From positions 9,569-73,568 of the forward strand of contig JBAOHR010000010.1 of the NCBI GenBank assembly GCA_037045245.1: a stretch of DNA of 64,000 nucleotides, in the 5' to 3' direction. Shown piece after piece: positions 49,788-59,740 of this stretch (position 1 is its first letter; each line of letters opens with the position of its first letter). The notes under the pieces are model-generated. The model saw only the letters and a program-made list of their open reading frames with translations, was not told where the DNA came from and searched no databases. Origin of the DNA: Gemmatimonadales bacterium (GTDB lineage Bacteria; Gemmatimonadota; Gemmatimonadetes; Gemmatimonadales; GWC2-71-9). A program made the position numbers and the translations under genes.

Positions 49788-50807
49788 ATGACCCTCCGCC
49801 TCAGCACCGAGATCCTCGCCCTCCGCACCCGCCACCCCTTCATCATCGCGCGGGGCGGGCAGAGCGACTACCGCACCCTGATGGTCAAGATCACCGACGA
49901 CGACGGCGTCGAGGGATGGGGCGAGGCCGCCGCAACGCGCTTCTACGGCGAGACGCTGGAAACCGTCCAGGCCGCGCTCGCCACCTATGGCACGCTGCTC
50001 GGTGATGACCCGCACCAGCTCGAGGCGATCGAGCGGCGGCTCGAGATCACCCTGCGTCGGAACGCGGCCGCCCGCGTCGCCATCTCGGCCGCGCTCCACG
50101 ATCTCGTTGGCAAGCGCCTCGGCGTGCCGCTCTGGCGCTACTGGGGGCTCGACCGTGCGGCCGCACCGCGCTCGACGTTCACCATCGGGATGGACACGCC
50201 GGAGATGATCCGCCTCAAGGTCGGCGAGGCGGCGGAATATCCGATCCTCAAGATCAAGCTCGGCGGCCCCGACGATCTCACCCTGCTGCGCACGATTCGC
50301 GACGCGACGGACAAGGAACTGCGCGTCGACGCGAACTGCGGCTGGACCCCGGTGCACACGGTGCGGATGCTGCCGGTGCTCGAGGAGTTCGGCGTGACCG
50401 TGCTCGAACAGCCGGTGCCGCCCGAGGATCTCGACGGCCTCGCGCACATCCATCGGCACGCGCGGATCCCGTTGATCGCCGACGAGAGCTGCGTCACGTC
50501 GGGCGACATCGCGCGGCTGGTCGGCCGCGTCGACGGCATCAACATCAAGCTGGCCAAGTGCGGTTCGCTGCGCGAGGCGCTGCGGATGATCGCGATCGCG
50601 CGCACGCACCAGATGACGGTGATGGTCGGTTGCATGATCGAGTCGTCGCTCGGGATCACGGCGGCCGCGCACTTCACGCCGCTGGTCGACATCGTCGACC
50701 TCGACGGCGCGGCGCTGCTGTCGCAGGATCCGTTCGTCGGGGCCGGCATCGCGGGCGGGCAGGTGACGCTCCCCGATGCCCCCGGGCTGGGTGTGACGCG
50801 ACGATGA
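49788..50807 (+). CDS. dipeptide epimerase-like enolase-superfamily enzyme (L-Ala-D/L-Glu epimerase type)
   Basis: 339 aa with the motifs KIKLG, RVDANCGW, LEQPV, ADES and DLDG. Confidence 0.85.
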   Translation: MTLRLSTEILALRTRHPFIIARGGQSDYRTLMVKITDDDGVEGWGEAAATRFYGETLETVQAALATYGTLLGDDPHQLEAIERRLEITLRRNAAARVAISAALHDLVGKRLGVPLWRYWGLDRAAAPRSTFTIGMDTPEMIRLKVGEAAEYPILKIKLGGPDDLTLLRTIRDATDKELRVDANCGWTPVHTVRMLPVLEEFGVTVLEQPVPPEDLDGLAHIHRHARIPLIADESCVTSGDIARLVGRVDGINIKLAKCGSLREALRMIAIARTHQMTVMVGCMIESSLGITAAAHFTPLVDIVDLDGAALLSQDPFVGAGIAGGQVTLPDAPGLGVTRR

Positions 50808-53224
50808 CCGACCGGTACGCGCAGGTCGCCCTGCCGCTGCCACTCGCCGAGCCGTACCGCTACCGGATCCCGGCCACCCTCGCCGATCGCGCGCTCCCCG
50901 GGGCGCGCGTCGTCGTTCCGGTCCGGCGCGAGGAACTCATCGGCATCGTGACGGCGGTCGACGTGCCGCCGCCGCCCGCCGCGGCGCGCGACATCCTCGC
51001 CGCGCCCGAACGCCGAGGTGGCGCTGCCGCGCGCCGTTGCTGGCGCTGGCGGCACGGGCGGCGCGCTACTACGGCGCGCCGCCGGGGCTGATGCTGCGCG
51101 CGATGCTGCCGGCGGCGCTCTGGGGGCAGTCGACGGTGATGCTTCACCTGGAGAGCACCGCCCGCGCCGTGGGTGGCGGGACGGCGGGCGATCTCGTGGA
51201 GTGGCTTGATCGGCGCGGTGGCAGCGGCACCATCCAGGCGGCGAGTCGCGCCCTCAAGAAGCCGCTCTGGGAGGCCGCCGATCGGTTGCAGCGCGTCGGC
51301 GCGCTGTCGCTGGAGGTCGTGCCGCCGGACACCGACGGTGCGGCGGCCGACCACGCGCACGGCCGCAATCGTCGGCGAAGCGCTCCCGCTGCTGGCCCGC
51401 GACGCCCATTTCCTCCGGAAGCCGGCGCAGCGCAAGCTCTACGAACTGCTCGAGGGGCGCGGTGGCCGGATGGCGGTGCGCGGCCTGCTCGAGGCGAGCG
51501 GTGCCACCATCGGCCCGTTGCAGCGGCTCGCAGCGTCGGGGTTGATCGCGCTGCTCGACGACGAGACCTCGCGCGATCCCTTCGCCGATCTTCCCTCGAG
51601 TCCGCCACCGCCGCATCTCACCGCCGACCAGGTCAGCGCCCTCGCGATGCTGCGCACGATCGCTCCGGGCGAGACGTCCCTGCTCTTCGGTGTGACCGGC
51701 TCGGGGAAGACGCTGGTCTATCTCGAGCGGATCCGCGAACTCCTCGCCGAGGATCGCGGTGCGATCGTCCTCGTGCCCGAGATCGCGTTGACGCCGCAGA
51801 CGGTCGCGCGGCTGCGCGGTGCCTTCGGCGACGACGTCGCGGTCCTCCACAGCGGCCTCAGCGACGGCGAGCGCGCCGATGCCTGGCGATCGCTCCGCCG
51901 CGGTGAACGGCGGGTCGCCGTCGGCGCCCGCTCGGCGATCTTCGCGCCCGTGCGCAACCTCGGCCTGATCGTGATCGACGAGGAGCACGAGTCGAGCTAC
52001 AAGAACGGCGAGACGCCGCGCTACCACGCGCGCGAGATCGCCGCCTGGCGTGCGCGCCTCGAAGAGGCCGCGATCATCCTCGGATCGGCCACTCCCGCGC
52101 CCGAGAGCTGGGCCCGCCTCGCGCCCGCGCATGTCGTCCGACTTCCGGCGCGGATCGGGGAGCGACCGATGCCGCCAGTGGAGCTGGTGGACCTTCGCGC
52201 GACGCCGATCGTGGCCCACCCGACCGGCGTCCCGTGGAGCACCGTCCTCGACGACGCGGTGACGGCGGCGCTCGCCCGCCAGGAGCAGGTGTTGCTCCTC
52301 CTCAACCGGCGCGGCTGGGCGGCGTTCGTGCAGTGCACCGCCTGCGGCGAGGTGGTGCAGTGCCCCAACTGCAGCATCTCGCTCACGGTGCACCGGAACC
52401 CCGACGAACTCCGCTGCCACTACTGCGACCATCGCCGGGAAATCCCGACCGCCTGTCCGGCGTGCCAGGGCACCACCACGCGTCACCTGGGGGCCGGCAC
52501 GCAGCAGGTCGAACGCCTCGTCGCGGAGCGTTTTCCGGCGGCGCGCCTCGCCCGGATGGACCTCGACACGACGGCGAGCAAGTGGGGGCACCACCGCATC
52601 CTCGAACGCGTCGGCCAGGGCACGGTCGACGTGCTCATCGGGACCCAGATGATCGCGAAGGGGATCGACTTCCCCAACGTGACGCTGGTCGGCGTCGTCG
52701 ATGCGGACACGGCGCTCCACCTCCCCGACTTCCGCTCGGCCGAACGCACCTTCCAGCTCATCGCGCAGGTGGCCGGGCGCGCCGGGCGAGGGCCGAAGGG
52801 CGGCAAGGTCCTGGTGCAGACGCGGCAGCCCGACCATCCGGCGCTCGGGTTCGCGGCACGACACGACGCCGAGGGATTCCTCGTGGCCGAGCTCGAGGCC
52901 CGCCGCTCGCCGCCGTATCCGCCCACCACCTCGCTCGTCCGGATCGTGGCGAGCGGCGAGGATGGCGGCGCCGTGGCCGAGCGGATCACCGCGCTCGCGA
53001 CGTGGTGCGACGCGCTCATCACCCGTCTCGACCTCCCGCTGACCCTGCTCGGTCCGGCGCCGTGTCCGATCGAACGGATCACCAACCGGTGGCGCCATCA
53101 CCTGCTGCTCAAGGGCGAGGCGGCGGTGCTCGGCGGCGTGGTGCGGGCACTCGCCCCGAAGCTCGGCGCGATGCGGGGCGATGTGCGGTTGGCGTTGGAT
53201 CGGGATCCGGTGTCGTTGTTATGA
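50804..53224 (+). pseudogene. priA: primosomal protein N' (PriA); the N-terminal ~550 nt needs three +1 frame changes as sequenced
   Basis: The PriA-like text runs in the 50804 frame to about 51008 (MTDRYAQVALPLPLAEPYRYRIP...DILAAPE). It then shifts by +1 (AEVALPRA), by +1 again (LLALAARAARYYGAPPGLMLRAMLP...LEVVPPDTDGAAA), and returns to the original frame near 51340-51365. The remainder is intact (GVTGSGKT, DEEH, four CxxC zinc motifs). Confidence 0.7.
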
Positions 53225-53328
53225 GTCGTGAGTTGTGAGTCCTGAGTCGTGAGAGGTCGTTGGCCGTTAGTCGTTGGTCGTTAGCCGTTGGTCGTTAGAG
53301 GTCGTAGGTCGTAGGTCGTAGGTCGTAG
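53223..53328. repeat. 15 consecutive in-phase heptamers directly after the priA stop
   Basis: The units are GAGTCGT GAGTTGT GAGTCCT GAGTCGT GAGAGGT, then CGTTGGC CGTTAGT CGTTGGT CGTTAGC CGTTGGT CGTTAGA, then (GGTCGTA)x4. A single unbroken 7-nt register runs from 53223 to 53327. Confidence 0.9.
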
Positions 53329-54641
53329 GGGCGTGTCTGTTTGTCTGTGTATGAGCCGAGGTTATGCATCGGCGGGGACGCGATCCCCGAAGAGCAATCG
53401 AATGTGCCGCATCGCCTCGCGCCAGTGCTGGGGCGGCTGGAAGCGGACGGTTGCGTGGCGGAGCGCGAGGTACAGGAGCTTGGCCGCGGCGTCGGCGTTC
53501 GGAAAATGGCCGCGGACCTTGAGTGACTTCCGCAGCGTGGCGTGCAGGCTCTCGATCGCGTTGGTCGAGTAGAGCAGGCGGCGGACCGGCACGGGATAGA
53601 GGAGCGCGGGGCTGATGCGCGCCCAGTGTCGGTGCCACAGCGGCGCGATTTCGGGATACGCCGTCCCGACCGGGCTCGCCGCAAACGCCGCCAGGGCCTG
53701 CTGCGCGGCCGCGTCGCTCGGGGCCAGGTAGATCGCCCGCAGCGCGGACGCCACGGCCCGACGCTCGCGCCAATTGACGGTGCGTAGACTCTGCCGCACC
53801 AGATGCACGACGCACTGCTGCACGACCGTCTCCGGAAACACCGCCTCAATCGCCGCCGGAAAGCCCGCCAGGCCATCGATCAGGGTGATCAGGATATCCC
53901 GCACCCCCCGGCCCTGCAGCTCGGTCAGGACGCGCTGCCAAAACGCGGCGCTCTCCTCCGCCGCAATCCAGAAGCCGAGCACGTCCTTGGTGCCGTCGGG
54001 GAGGAAGCCCAGCGCGAAGTAGACCACCTGCTGCCGGACGATCCCCTCGGTGCGCATCTTGACCCGCAGGCCATCCAGCGCGACCGCGACATACACCGGC
54101 TCGAGCGGCCGCTGCTGCCACGCCTGCGCCTCGTCCCACACGGCGTCGGTCACGGCGGTGATGACATCGGCCGAGACGGGGACCTGGTAGCACTCCTCCA
54201 GGTGGGCCTGGAGCTCCCGCACGGTGAGGCCCCGGGCGTAGAGCGACAGCACCTTTTGGTCGAAGCCCGGCAGGCGGCGCACCCCTTTCGGCACGAACGC
54301 CGGCGTGAAGGTCCCGGCCCGATCGCGCGGGATCGCCAGCGGCAAGGCGCCCTCATCGGTCAGCACGGTCTTCGGCGTGGTGCCATTGCGCGCATTACCG
54401 TCCGCGCCGCGCCCCTCGCCGGGCGGATAGCCCAGATGCTCGGTCAGCTCGGCCTGCAGCACCTGCTCGACCATCCGCTGCTTCAGGGCCCGGAACACCG
54501 CCTCCAACTGCTCGGGCGTCCGGACATCCGCCACCAGCGCCTCGACCGCGGCCTGCTGCGGATCCTCCCCTTTCCTCTGTCGTGCCATGGCCTACCTCCC
54601 GCTGTAGGATATGGCTCATACACAAACTTTCCGACAGGCCC
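53329..54641 (-). mobile_element. IS256-family insertion sequence, 1313 bp, with 29-bp imperfect terminal inverted repeats and an 8-bp target-site duplication
   Basis: IRL is GGGCGTGTCTGTTTGTCTGTGTATGAGCC (53329-53357). The reverse complement of 54613-54641 is GGGCCTGTCGGAAAGTTTGTGTATGAGCC (23/29 identical). The direct repeat GGTCGTAG is present at 53321-53328 and 54642-54649. Confidence 0.9.
53362..54588 (-). CDS. IS256-family (mutator-type) transposase
   Basis: 408 aa with typical IS256 transposase sequence ([10 protein letters not shown]...[31 protein letters not shown]...). Confidence 0.95.
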   Translation of the reverse strand: MARQRKGEDPQQAAVEALVADVRTPEQLEAVFRALKQRMVEQVLQAELTEHLGYPPGEGRGADGNARNGTTPKTVLTDEGALPLAIPRDRAGTFTPAFVPKGVRRLPGFDQKVLSLYARGLTVRELQAHLEECYQVPVSADVITAVTDAVWDEAQAWQQRPLEPVYVAVALDGLRVKMRTEGIVRQQVVYFALGFLPDGTKDVLGFWIAAEESAAFWQRVLTELQGRGVRDILITLIDGLAGFPAAIEAVFPETVVQQCVVHLVRQSLRTVNWRERRAVASALRAIYLAPSDAAAQQALAAFAASPVGTAYPEIAPLWHRHWARISPALLYPVPVRRLLYSTNAIESLHATLRKSLKVRGHFPNADAAAKLLYLALRHATVRFQPPQHWREAMRHIRLLFGDRVPADA

Positions 54642-54657
54642 GGTCGTAGATTTCTGG

Positions 54658-54748
54658 TCACCGTTCACCGTTCACCGTTCACCGTTCACCGTTCACCGTT
54701 CACCGTTCACTGGTCACTGGTCACCGCTCACCCCTCACCCCTCACCAC
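54658..54748. repeat. 13 tandem heptamers: (TCACCGT)x7 (TCACTGG)x2 TCACCGC (TCACCCC)x2 TCACCAC
   Basis: Read directly from the sequence. It is in register with the tract left of the IS once the IS and one TSD copy are removed. It ends 8 nt before the arsB ATG. Confidence 0.9.
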
Positions 54749-54755
54749 CCCCAAC

Positions 54756-56036
54756 ATGCTCCTCGCCGTCCTCATCTTCCTCGTCACGATCACTCTCGTG
54801 ATCTGGCAGCCGCGCAAGCTCGGCATCGGCTGGAGCGCGTGTGGCGGGGCAGTGGTGGCCTTGCTGCTCGGCGTGGTCTCCGTGGCCGACATCGGGACGG
54901 TCTGGGGCATCGTCTGGAACGCGACGATCACCTTCGTGGCGATCATCCTCACCTCGCTGATCCTCGACGAGGCCGGCTTCTTCGAGTGGGCCGCGCTGCA
55001 TGTCGCGTCGTGGGGCGGGGGGAACGGGCGCCGGCTCTACGCGGCGATCATCCTGCTCGGGGCTGCCGTGTCGGGGCTCTTCGCCAACGATGGCGCGGTG
55101 CTGATCCTCACGCCGATCGTGATGGCGATCCTCGTTGCGCTCCGGATGCCGCCGGCGGCGACGCTCGCGTTCGTCATGGGGGCCGGTTTCATCTCCGACA
55201 CGGCATCGCTCCCGCTGGTGATCTCGAACCTCGTCAACATCGTGACGGCCGACTTCTTCCACGTCGGCTTTGCCCGCTATGCCGCGGTGATGCTCCCGGT
55301 GAACCTCGTCTCCGTGGCGGCGACGCTGGGCGTGCTCCTGCTCTACTTCCGCCGCGACATCCCCCACCACTATGACGCCTCCGCCCTCAGGCGCCCCGCC
55401 GAGGCGATCCGTGACCGGCCGACCTTCCTGCTGGGCTGGGTGGTGCTGGTGTTGTTGCTCGCCGGCTTCTTCCTGGGTGAGCGGCTGGGCCTGCCGATTA
55501 GCGCGGTGGCCGTGGCCGGCTCCGCGGTACTCTTTGCGATGGCGGCGCGCGGTCACGTGATCGACACGCGCAAGGTGCTGCGCGAGGCGCCGTGGCAGGT
55601 GGTGCTCTTCTCGCTGGGGATGTACCTGGTGGTGTACGGGCTGCGGAACGCGGGGCTCACGGCCGCACTCGCGGGCGTGCTGAACCGGATCCCTGCCGAG
55701 GGCACGCTGGCACCCGCGCTCGGCACCGGGCTGCTGACGGCGTTCCTCTCGTCGATCATGAACAACATGCCGACGGTGCTGATCGGGGCGCTCTCGATTG
55801 ATGCGTCGACCGCGACGGGGGCCGCGCGCGAGGCGATGGTCTACGCCAACGTGATCGGCAGCGACCTCGGCCCGAAGCTCACGCCGATCGGGTCGCTGGC
55901 GACGCTGCTCTGGCTCCATGTGCTCGCGCGCAAGGGAATCACCATCACCTGGGGCTACTACTTCCGGGTGGGCGTCGTGCTGACGATCCCCGTGCTCGTG
56001 ATCACGCTCGCCGCGCTGGCCTGGCGCCTGAGCTGA
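54756..56036 (+). CDS. arsB: arsenite efflux pump membrane protein ArsB
   Basis: 426 aa from ATG 54756. It is closely similar along the N-terminal region to my recollection of E. coli ArsB (LVIWQP..LGIGWSA...IVWNAT...[12 protein letters not shown]...LFANDGA.LILTPIV). The ORF-track start at 54582 reads through the repeat and the IS end and was rejected. Confidence 0.9.
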   Translation: MLLAVLIFLVTITLVIWQPRKLGIGWSACGGAVVALLLGVVSVADIGTVWGIVWNATITFVAIILTSLILDEAGFFEWAALHVASWGGGNGRRLYAAIILLGAAVSGLFANDGAVLILTPIVMAILVALRMPPAATLAFVMGAGFISDTASLPLVISNLVNIVTADFFHVGFARYAAVMLPVNLVSVAATLGVLLLYFRRDIPHHYDASALRRPAEAIRDRPTFLLGWVVLVLLLAGFFLGERLGLPISAVAVAGSAVLFAMAARGHVIDTRKVLREAPWQVVLFSLGMYLVVYGLRNAGLTAALAGVLNRIPAEGTLAPALGTGLLTAFLSSIMNNMPTVLIGALSIDASTATGAAREAMVYANVIGSDLGPKLTPIGSLATLLWLHVLARKGITITWGYYFRVGVVLTIPVLVITLAALAWRLS

Positions 56037-56042
56037 GGCGCC

Positions 56043-58088
56043 CTAGAAGCGGAAGGTGACGCCGCCGGTCAACGTGCGTCCGGCGGCCGGCTCGAACACT
56101 CGCCCGAAGCCGCCATTCACCGTCACCGATCCGATCACTCGCCGGTTGAAGAGATTCTGCGCCGTGACAAACGGGGCGAACTCGTGCCGCCCGCGCGCGA
56201 CCCAGCGAAGGCGAACCCCGGTGATCCCCGTCCCCCATCCGGCCGCCTCGAGTGTGTTGGCATCGTCACCGTACTGACTGGCGGCCAGGGCGTGGTCGAT
56301 GTCGAAACCGATCCGTCGCACGGCGCCGCGAACACCCAGTCGCGCCACCGTCCGCGGGATGCCGGCGATGCGTCGGCCGTCGAGCCGCACGCCATTCACG
56401 AGGTAATCCCGGAAGGTCGCATCGGTCACCGTCACGGTGGCGAGGCCCACGATGCCCGGGCGCAGCGATGCGTGCGCCGCAGCCTCGACGCCGCGGGTGC
56501 GCGTCCTGCCCGCGTTGGTGTAGTACGACCGACCACCGACTTCCTGGAATGGAGTGATCGCGTCCCGCGTCGAGGTGGTCCAGGCGGAGGCTTCGACCTG
56601 GCCACCGGCGAACGGGCTCCGTACGCCAACTTCGAATGACACACTGCGCTGCGGGTCGAGGACGCGATTGAGTCCGGTGCTGCCATCCGGCTGGTTCGCG
56701 AGCTCGGTGGTGGTCGGTGTCTCGAACGCCGTCGACAGCGAGGCCCATGTCGTGGCGCGGCCGATGGCGCGCGTGAGCGAGGCGCTCCCGCTCACCGCGG
56801 ACATGGCGCGCGTCCCGCTGCCGCTCCCCAGCGCGTCGGCCACGTCGAAGGAGGTGTGGTCCCACCGGACGCCGCTCCGCAGCTGCCACACGCCACGAAT
56901 CAGCGTGGCCTGCGCGAAGAGCCCGGCTTCGCCCACCGTCTCGCGCTGGTCGAGCAACAGGGGCCCATAGGGGGTGCCCTTGCGATGGCGTCGATTGATG
57001 CGATCGTCGCGACTGGATTGCAGGTCGACACCTGCGGTCACCTGATGCAGGCCAAGCCGCCGCGTGATGCTGGCCCGAAGGCCCCCGCCGAGTCGGTCGA
57101 GTCCGACCCAGAGCCCTTCGTCGGCAGGGTTCGGTGCAGGCGCCGGGGCGGCCAGCGGGTTTTCGAGCGACCGCGTGAGGAGCCAAAGCCGCACCTCGCT
57201 GCTCCAGTCACCGCGCGCGTCGTCGAGGCCCAGCGAGAACTGCTTCTGGCGCACCGCCTTGCCGGCGTTTCGCAACACGTTGTTGGGTGCGGCGAGGTCC
57301 GGGTTCGATGCCGCCTCGGCGGCCGTCAGGGCGCCCGGGTTGTCGGCCAACGGGTCATTCGCCCAGGCGGCGCGAGCGGTGATCGTGGTGGTCGGGCGCA
57401 GCGCGTAGGCGACCGCGTACTGCGCCCGACGCTGTTCGGTCCCGGAGTGATCGCGGTAGCCGTCGTTCTTGGTGAGCGAATTCTGGATGCTCAGCCTCGC
57501 GCGCCCGAGCACGATCGTTCCGTGACTCTCGAATCGGCTGCCCTGATCATCGAGTCGTTCGACCCCGAAGTGGATCGTCGGGGTCGAGTCCCTGTCCGTT
57601 CGCGACGTGAATGCGATCACTCCGCCGGCTGCGTTGCCGTACAGCGACGACGCGGCGCCCCGTAGCACCTCGATCTGGGTGGTCGCGCCGAGGTCGAGGT
57701 TGGTGAGTTGGCTCTGTCCGTCGGGCAGCGTCTGCGGGATGCCATCGACGAGGATCTTGATGCCGCGCACGCCGAAGGCTGCCCGCGCGCCAAAGCCGCG
57801 GATGATGAGCCGCTGGTCGACCGACGGATTCCCGCGGCTGGCCGCGATCACCCCCGGCACGAACGCGAGCGCCTCGTCGAGCCCCCCGGCCAGCCGCCCC
57901 CGGCGCAGCGCCACGGAATCGACCACCGTGACCGATGCCCCGAGCCGCGCCAGCGAGTCGGGGGCGCGGGTCACGCTCACGCGGATCGGGGGGAGTGCTG
58001 CGGCGCTGTCGGGGCGCTGGCCCTGCAGGGGGGCGAGGGGGACGAGGAGGAGCAGGGGGGCAGCGAGTCGGGCGGGGCGAGGGGGCAT
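56043..58088 (-). CDS. TonB-dependent outer-membrane receptor
   Basis: 681 aa from ATG 58088 with a signal peptide (MPPRPARLAAPLLLLVPLAPLQGQ), a plug domain (VTVVDSVAL...IIRGFGARA..GVRGIKILVDGIPQT) and a C-terminal TFRF. The 1041-aa ORF-track extension was rejected. Confidence 0.9.
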   Translation of the reverse strand: MPPRPARLAAPLLLLVPLAPLQGQRPDSAAALPPIRVSVTRAPDSLARLGASVTVVDSVALRRGRLAGGLDEALAFVPGVIAASRGNPSVDQRLIIRGFGARAAFGVRGIKILVDGIPQTLPDGQSQLTNLDLGATTQIEVLRGAASSLYGNAAGGVIAFTSRTDRDSTPTIHFGVERLDDQGSRFESHGTIVLGRARLSIQNSLTKNDGYRDHSGTEQRRAQYAVAYALRPTTTITARAAWANDPLADNPGALTAAEAASNPDLAAPNNVLRNAGKAVRQKQFSLGLDDARGDWSSEVRLWLLTRSLENPLAAPAPAPNPADEGLWVGLDRLGGGLRASITRRLGLHQVTAGVDLQSSRDDRINRRHRKGTPYGPLLLDQRETVGEAGLFAQATLIRGVWQLRSGVRWDHTSFDVADALGSGSGTRAMSAVSGSASLTRAIGRATTWASLSTAFETPTTTELANQPDGSTGLNRVLDPQRSVSFEVGVRSPFAGGQVEASAWTTSTRDAITPFQEVGGRSYYTNAGRTRTRGVEAAAHASLRPGIVGLATVTVTDATFRDYLVNGVRLDGRRIAGIPRTVARLGVRGAVRRIGFDIDHALAASQYGDDANTLEAAGWGTGITGVRLRWVARGRHEFAPFVTAQNLFNRRVIGSVTVNGGFGRVFEPAAGRTLTGGVTFRF

Positions 58089-58169
58089 GGCCGAAACGTG
58101 CCCCGCTCCGGGCAGGGCGGCAACGGCGGACCGGGGCGGGGGCGGGGAGGGGCCCTTATCTTTGGGCCA

Positions 58170-59249
58170 ATGCCTTGGTTCCCTGATCTCGACGTCCCGC
58201 CCTTTGCGGACGCGCCGGTGGCGACGTTCCGCCCGGCGCCCGCCGACGGCGTGGTACCCGACGGCTTCTTCTCGACGTCGAACCTCCCGACCTATGTCCG
58301 CCTCCCCGGCGGGTGGGCCGTGCCGACCCGGCCGAGGATGGACTGCGTGATCGTGCAGCGCGGTGGGGAGCTGGAGACGGTGGAGCCCCGGCGGGTGCGC
58401 GCCGGAGAACCGGTGGTGGTCGGCCTCGACGAGCAGGGCGCCGACGGCGTGGTCGTGTACGCCGAGGGGTTCCTCCGCGGAGCACGGCGCGGCAACGAGT
58501 TCTCGTTCATGAGCACCGAGGTGTCGCGCGAGCGGCCGGTGAACTACGAGGACCTCGCCGAGCAGCTCGTCGCCCAGCGCGCTCGCGGCGGCTATCTCCT
58601 CTGGGTCGCCGGTCCGGCGCTGGTGCACTCGCGCGCCCGCGCGGACTTCGCCTGGTTCGTCGAGCAGGGCTTCGTGCAGGCGATGCTTGCCGGCAATGCC
58701 GTCGCCGTCCACGACATGGAGGCGGCGATCTACGGCACCACGCTCGGGATGGACCATGAGGGCCGCCCCACCGCCGGCGGGCACGGCCTCCACATGCGGG
58801 CGATCAACGCGGTGCGCGCCGCGGGGTCGATCGAGGCCGCGGTGGCATCGGGGCTGGTGTCCGAAGGGATCATGCACACGCTGGTGCGGCGCGGCGTGCC
58901 CTACGTGCTGGCTGGCTCGATCCGCGACGACGGTCCGCTCCCCGGCGTCTACACCGATGCCGTCGCGGCGCAGGATGCCATGCGCGAGCATGCGGTGCGC
59001 GCCACGGGGGCCGTCTTCATCGCGACGGCACTGCATGCGATCGCCGTCGGCAACATGCTGCCGTCGTTCCACACGCAGAACCCCGAGGGGCGGCCCGAGC
59101 CGCTGATGACGATCTGCGTCGACCAGACCGAGTTCGTCGTGAACAAGTTGAAGGATCGCGGGACGCATCAGGCGTTCGGCGTCGTCACCAATGCCCAGGA
59201 CTTTCTCACCGTGCTTCGCACCTACGTTGAACGATGCTCGCCAGCCTGA
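58170..59249 (+). CDS. TIGR00300 / LOR-SDH-like family protein (ornithine-cyclodeaminase/ArgZ-C-terminal type)
   Basis: 359 aa from ATG 58170. AGSIRDDGPLPGVYTD, AGNAVAVHDMEAAIYGTTLG and VDQTEFVVNKLKDRGT match motifs I recall for this family. The assignment is from memory only. Confidence 0.55.
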   Translation: MPWFPDLDVPPFADAPVATFRPAPADGVVPDGFFSTSNLPTYVRLPGGWAVPTRPRMDCVIVQRGGELETVEPRRVRAGEPVVVGLDEQGADGVVVYAEGFLRGARRGNEFSFMSTEVSRERPVNYEDLAEQLVAQRARGGYLLWVAGPALVHSRARADFAWFVEQGFVQAMLAGNAVAVHDMEAAIYGTTLGMDHEGRPTAGGHGLHMRAINAVRAAGSIEAAVASGLVSEGIMHTLVRRGVPYVLAGSIRDDGPLPGVYTDAVAAQDAMREHAVRATGAVFIATALHAIAVGNMLPSFHTQNPEGRPEPLMTICVDQTEFVVNKLKDRGTHQAFGVVTNAQDFLTVLRTYVERCSPA

Positions 59250-59740
59250 CGCCGCGCGGTCCGGGCGAAGGCCCGCACTGGGAGCGCCTCGCGCTCTGGC
59301 TCCAGGAACAGATGCCCACCGCCGAGGTGGACGGGGTCTGGGTCTTCCGCGTGCTGCGGCGTGACCTCGCCGAGTATGGCACCGCGGTGATCTCCCGCAT
59401 CGACGGCGACCGCCGCCGGATCTACACCGCGCGCTACACCGCCCTCATCAAGGGGAAGAAGCGCGGCGGCTTCGATGCCGTGCTGGAGGAGATCGGGAGC
59501 GGGCCGATCGAGGCACTGCACGAGCTGCTCGCCCTGGTGCCGGTGCGCGCCGACGACGAGGACCCGCCGGTGCCGGTCGAGGTGTCGCTCTGGTTCCCGC
59601 CCGTCGTGGTGCAGGAAGAGCTGCCGCTCGAGACCGTGGCTGCGGACGCCGACGACGACGAGGCTGTCGACCCCGTCGACACCGCCGACGCGGACGAGGC
59701 CGAGCTTGCCGCGGCCGACACCGGTGATGGCGACGACTGA
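59234..59740 (+). CDS. hypothetical protein with a strongly acidic C-terminal tail
   Basis: 168 aa with coding-like GC3. It overlaps both neighbours by a few codons. The tail is ADADDDEAVDPVDTADADEAELAAADTGDGDD. Confidence 0.55.
   Translation: MLASLTPRGPGEGPHWERLALWLQEQMPTAEVDGVWVFRVLRRDLAEYGTAVISRIDGDRRRIYTARYTALIKGKKRGGFDAVLEEIGSGPIEALHELLALVPVRADDEDPPVPVEVSLWFPPVVVQEELPLETVAADADDDEAVDPVDTADADEAELAAADTGDGDD

Noticed and set aside
53223-54748. Possible CRISPR array suggested by the regular short repeats
   Set aside because: The repeat unit is only 7 nt with no spacers, the arrays are contiguous tandem repeats, and there are no cas genes in the window.
54582-54755. N-terminal extension of the arsB ORF ([11 protein letters not shown]...[16 protein letters not shown]...)
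   Set aside because: It starts inside the IS element and simply translates the heptamer array, giving a periodic peptide. ArsB homology begins at ATG 54756.
58089-58169. Fur box or other operator in the divergent region between the TonB receptor and the TIGR00300-like gene
   Set aside because: The 81 bp are almost pure G/C runs (GGGGCGGGGGCGGGGAGGGG) with no AT-rich 19-bp palindrome. Nothing is convincing by eye, so I make no call.
56043-59168. Single 1041-aa minus-strand ORF
   Set aside because: Only the C-terminal 681 aa (from ATG 58088, which carries a signal peptide) look like a TonB-dependent receptor. The upstream 360 aa are antisense to the well-supported + strand gene 58170..59249.
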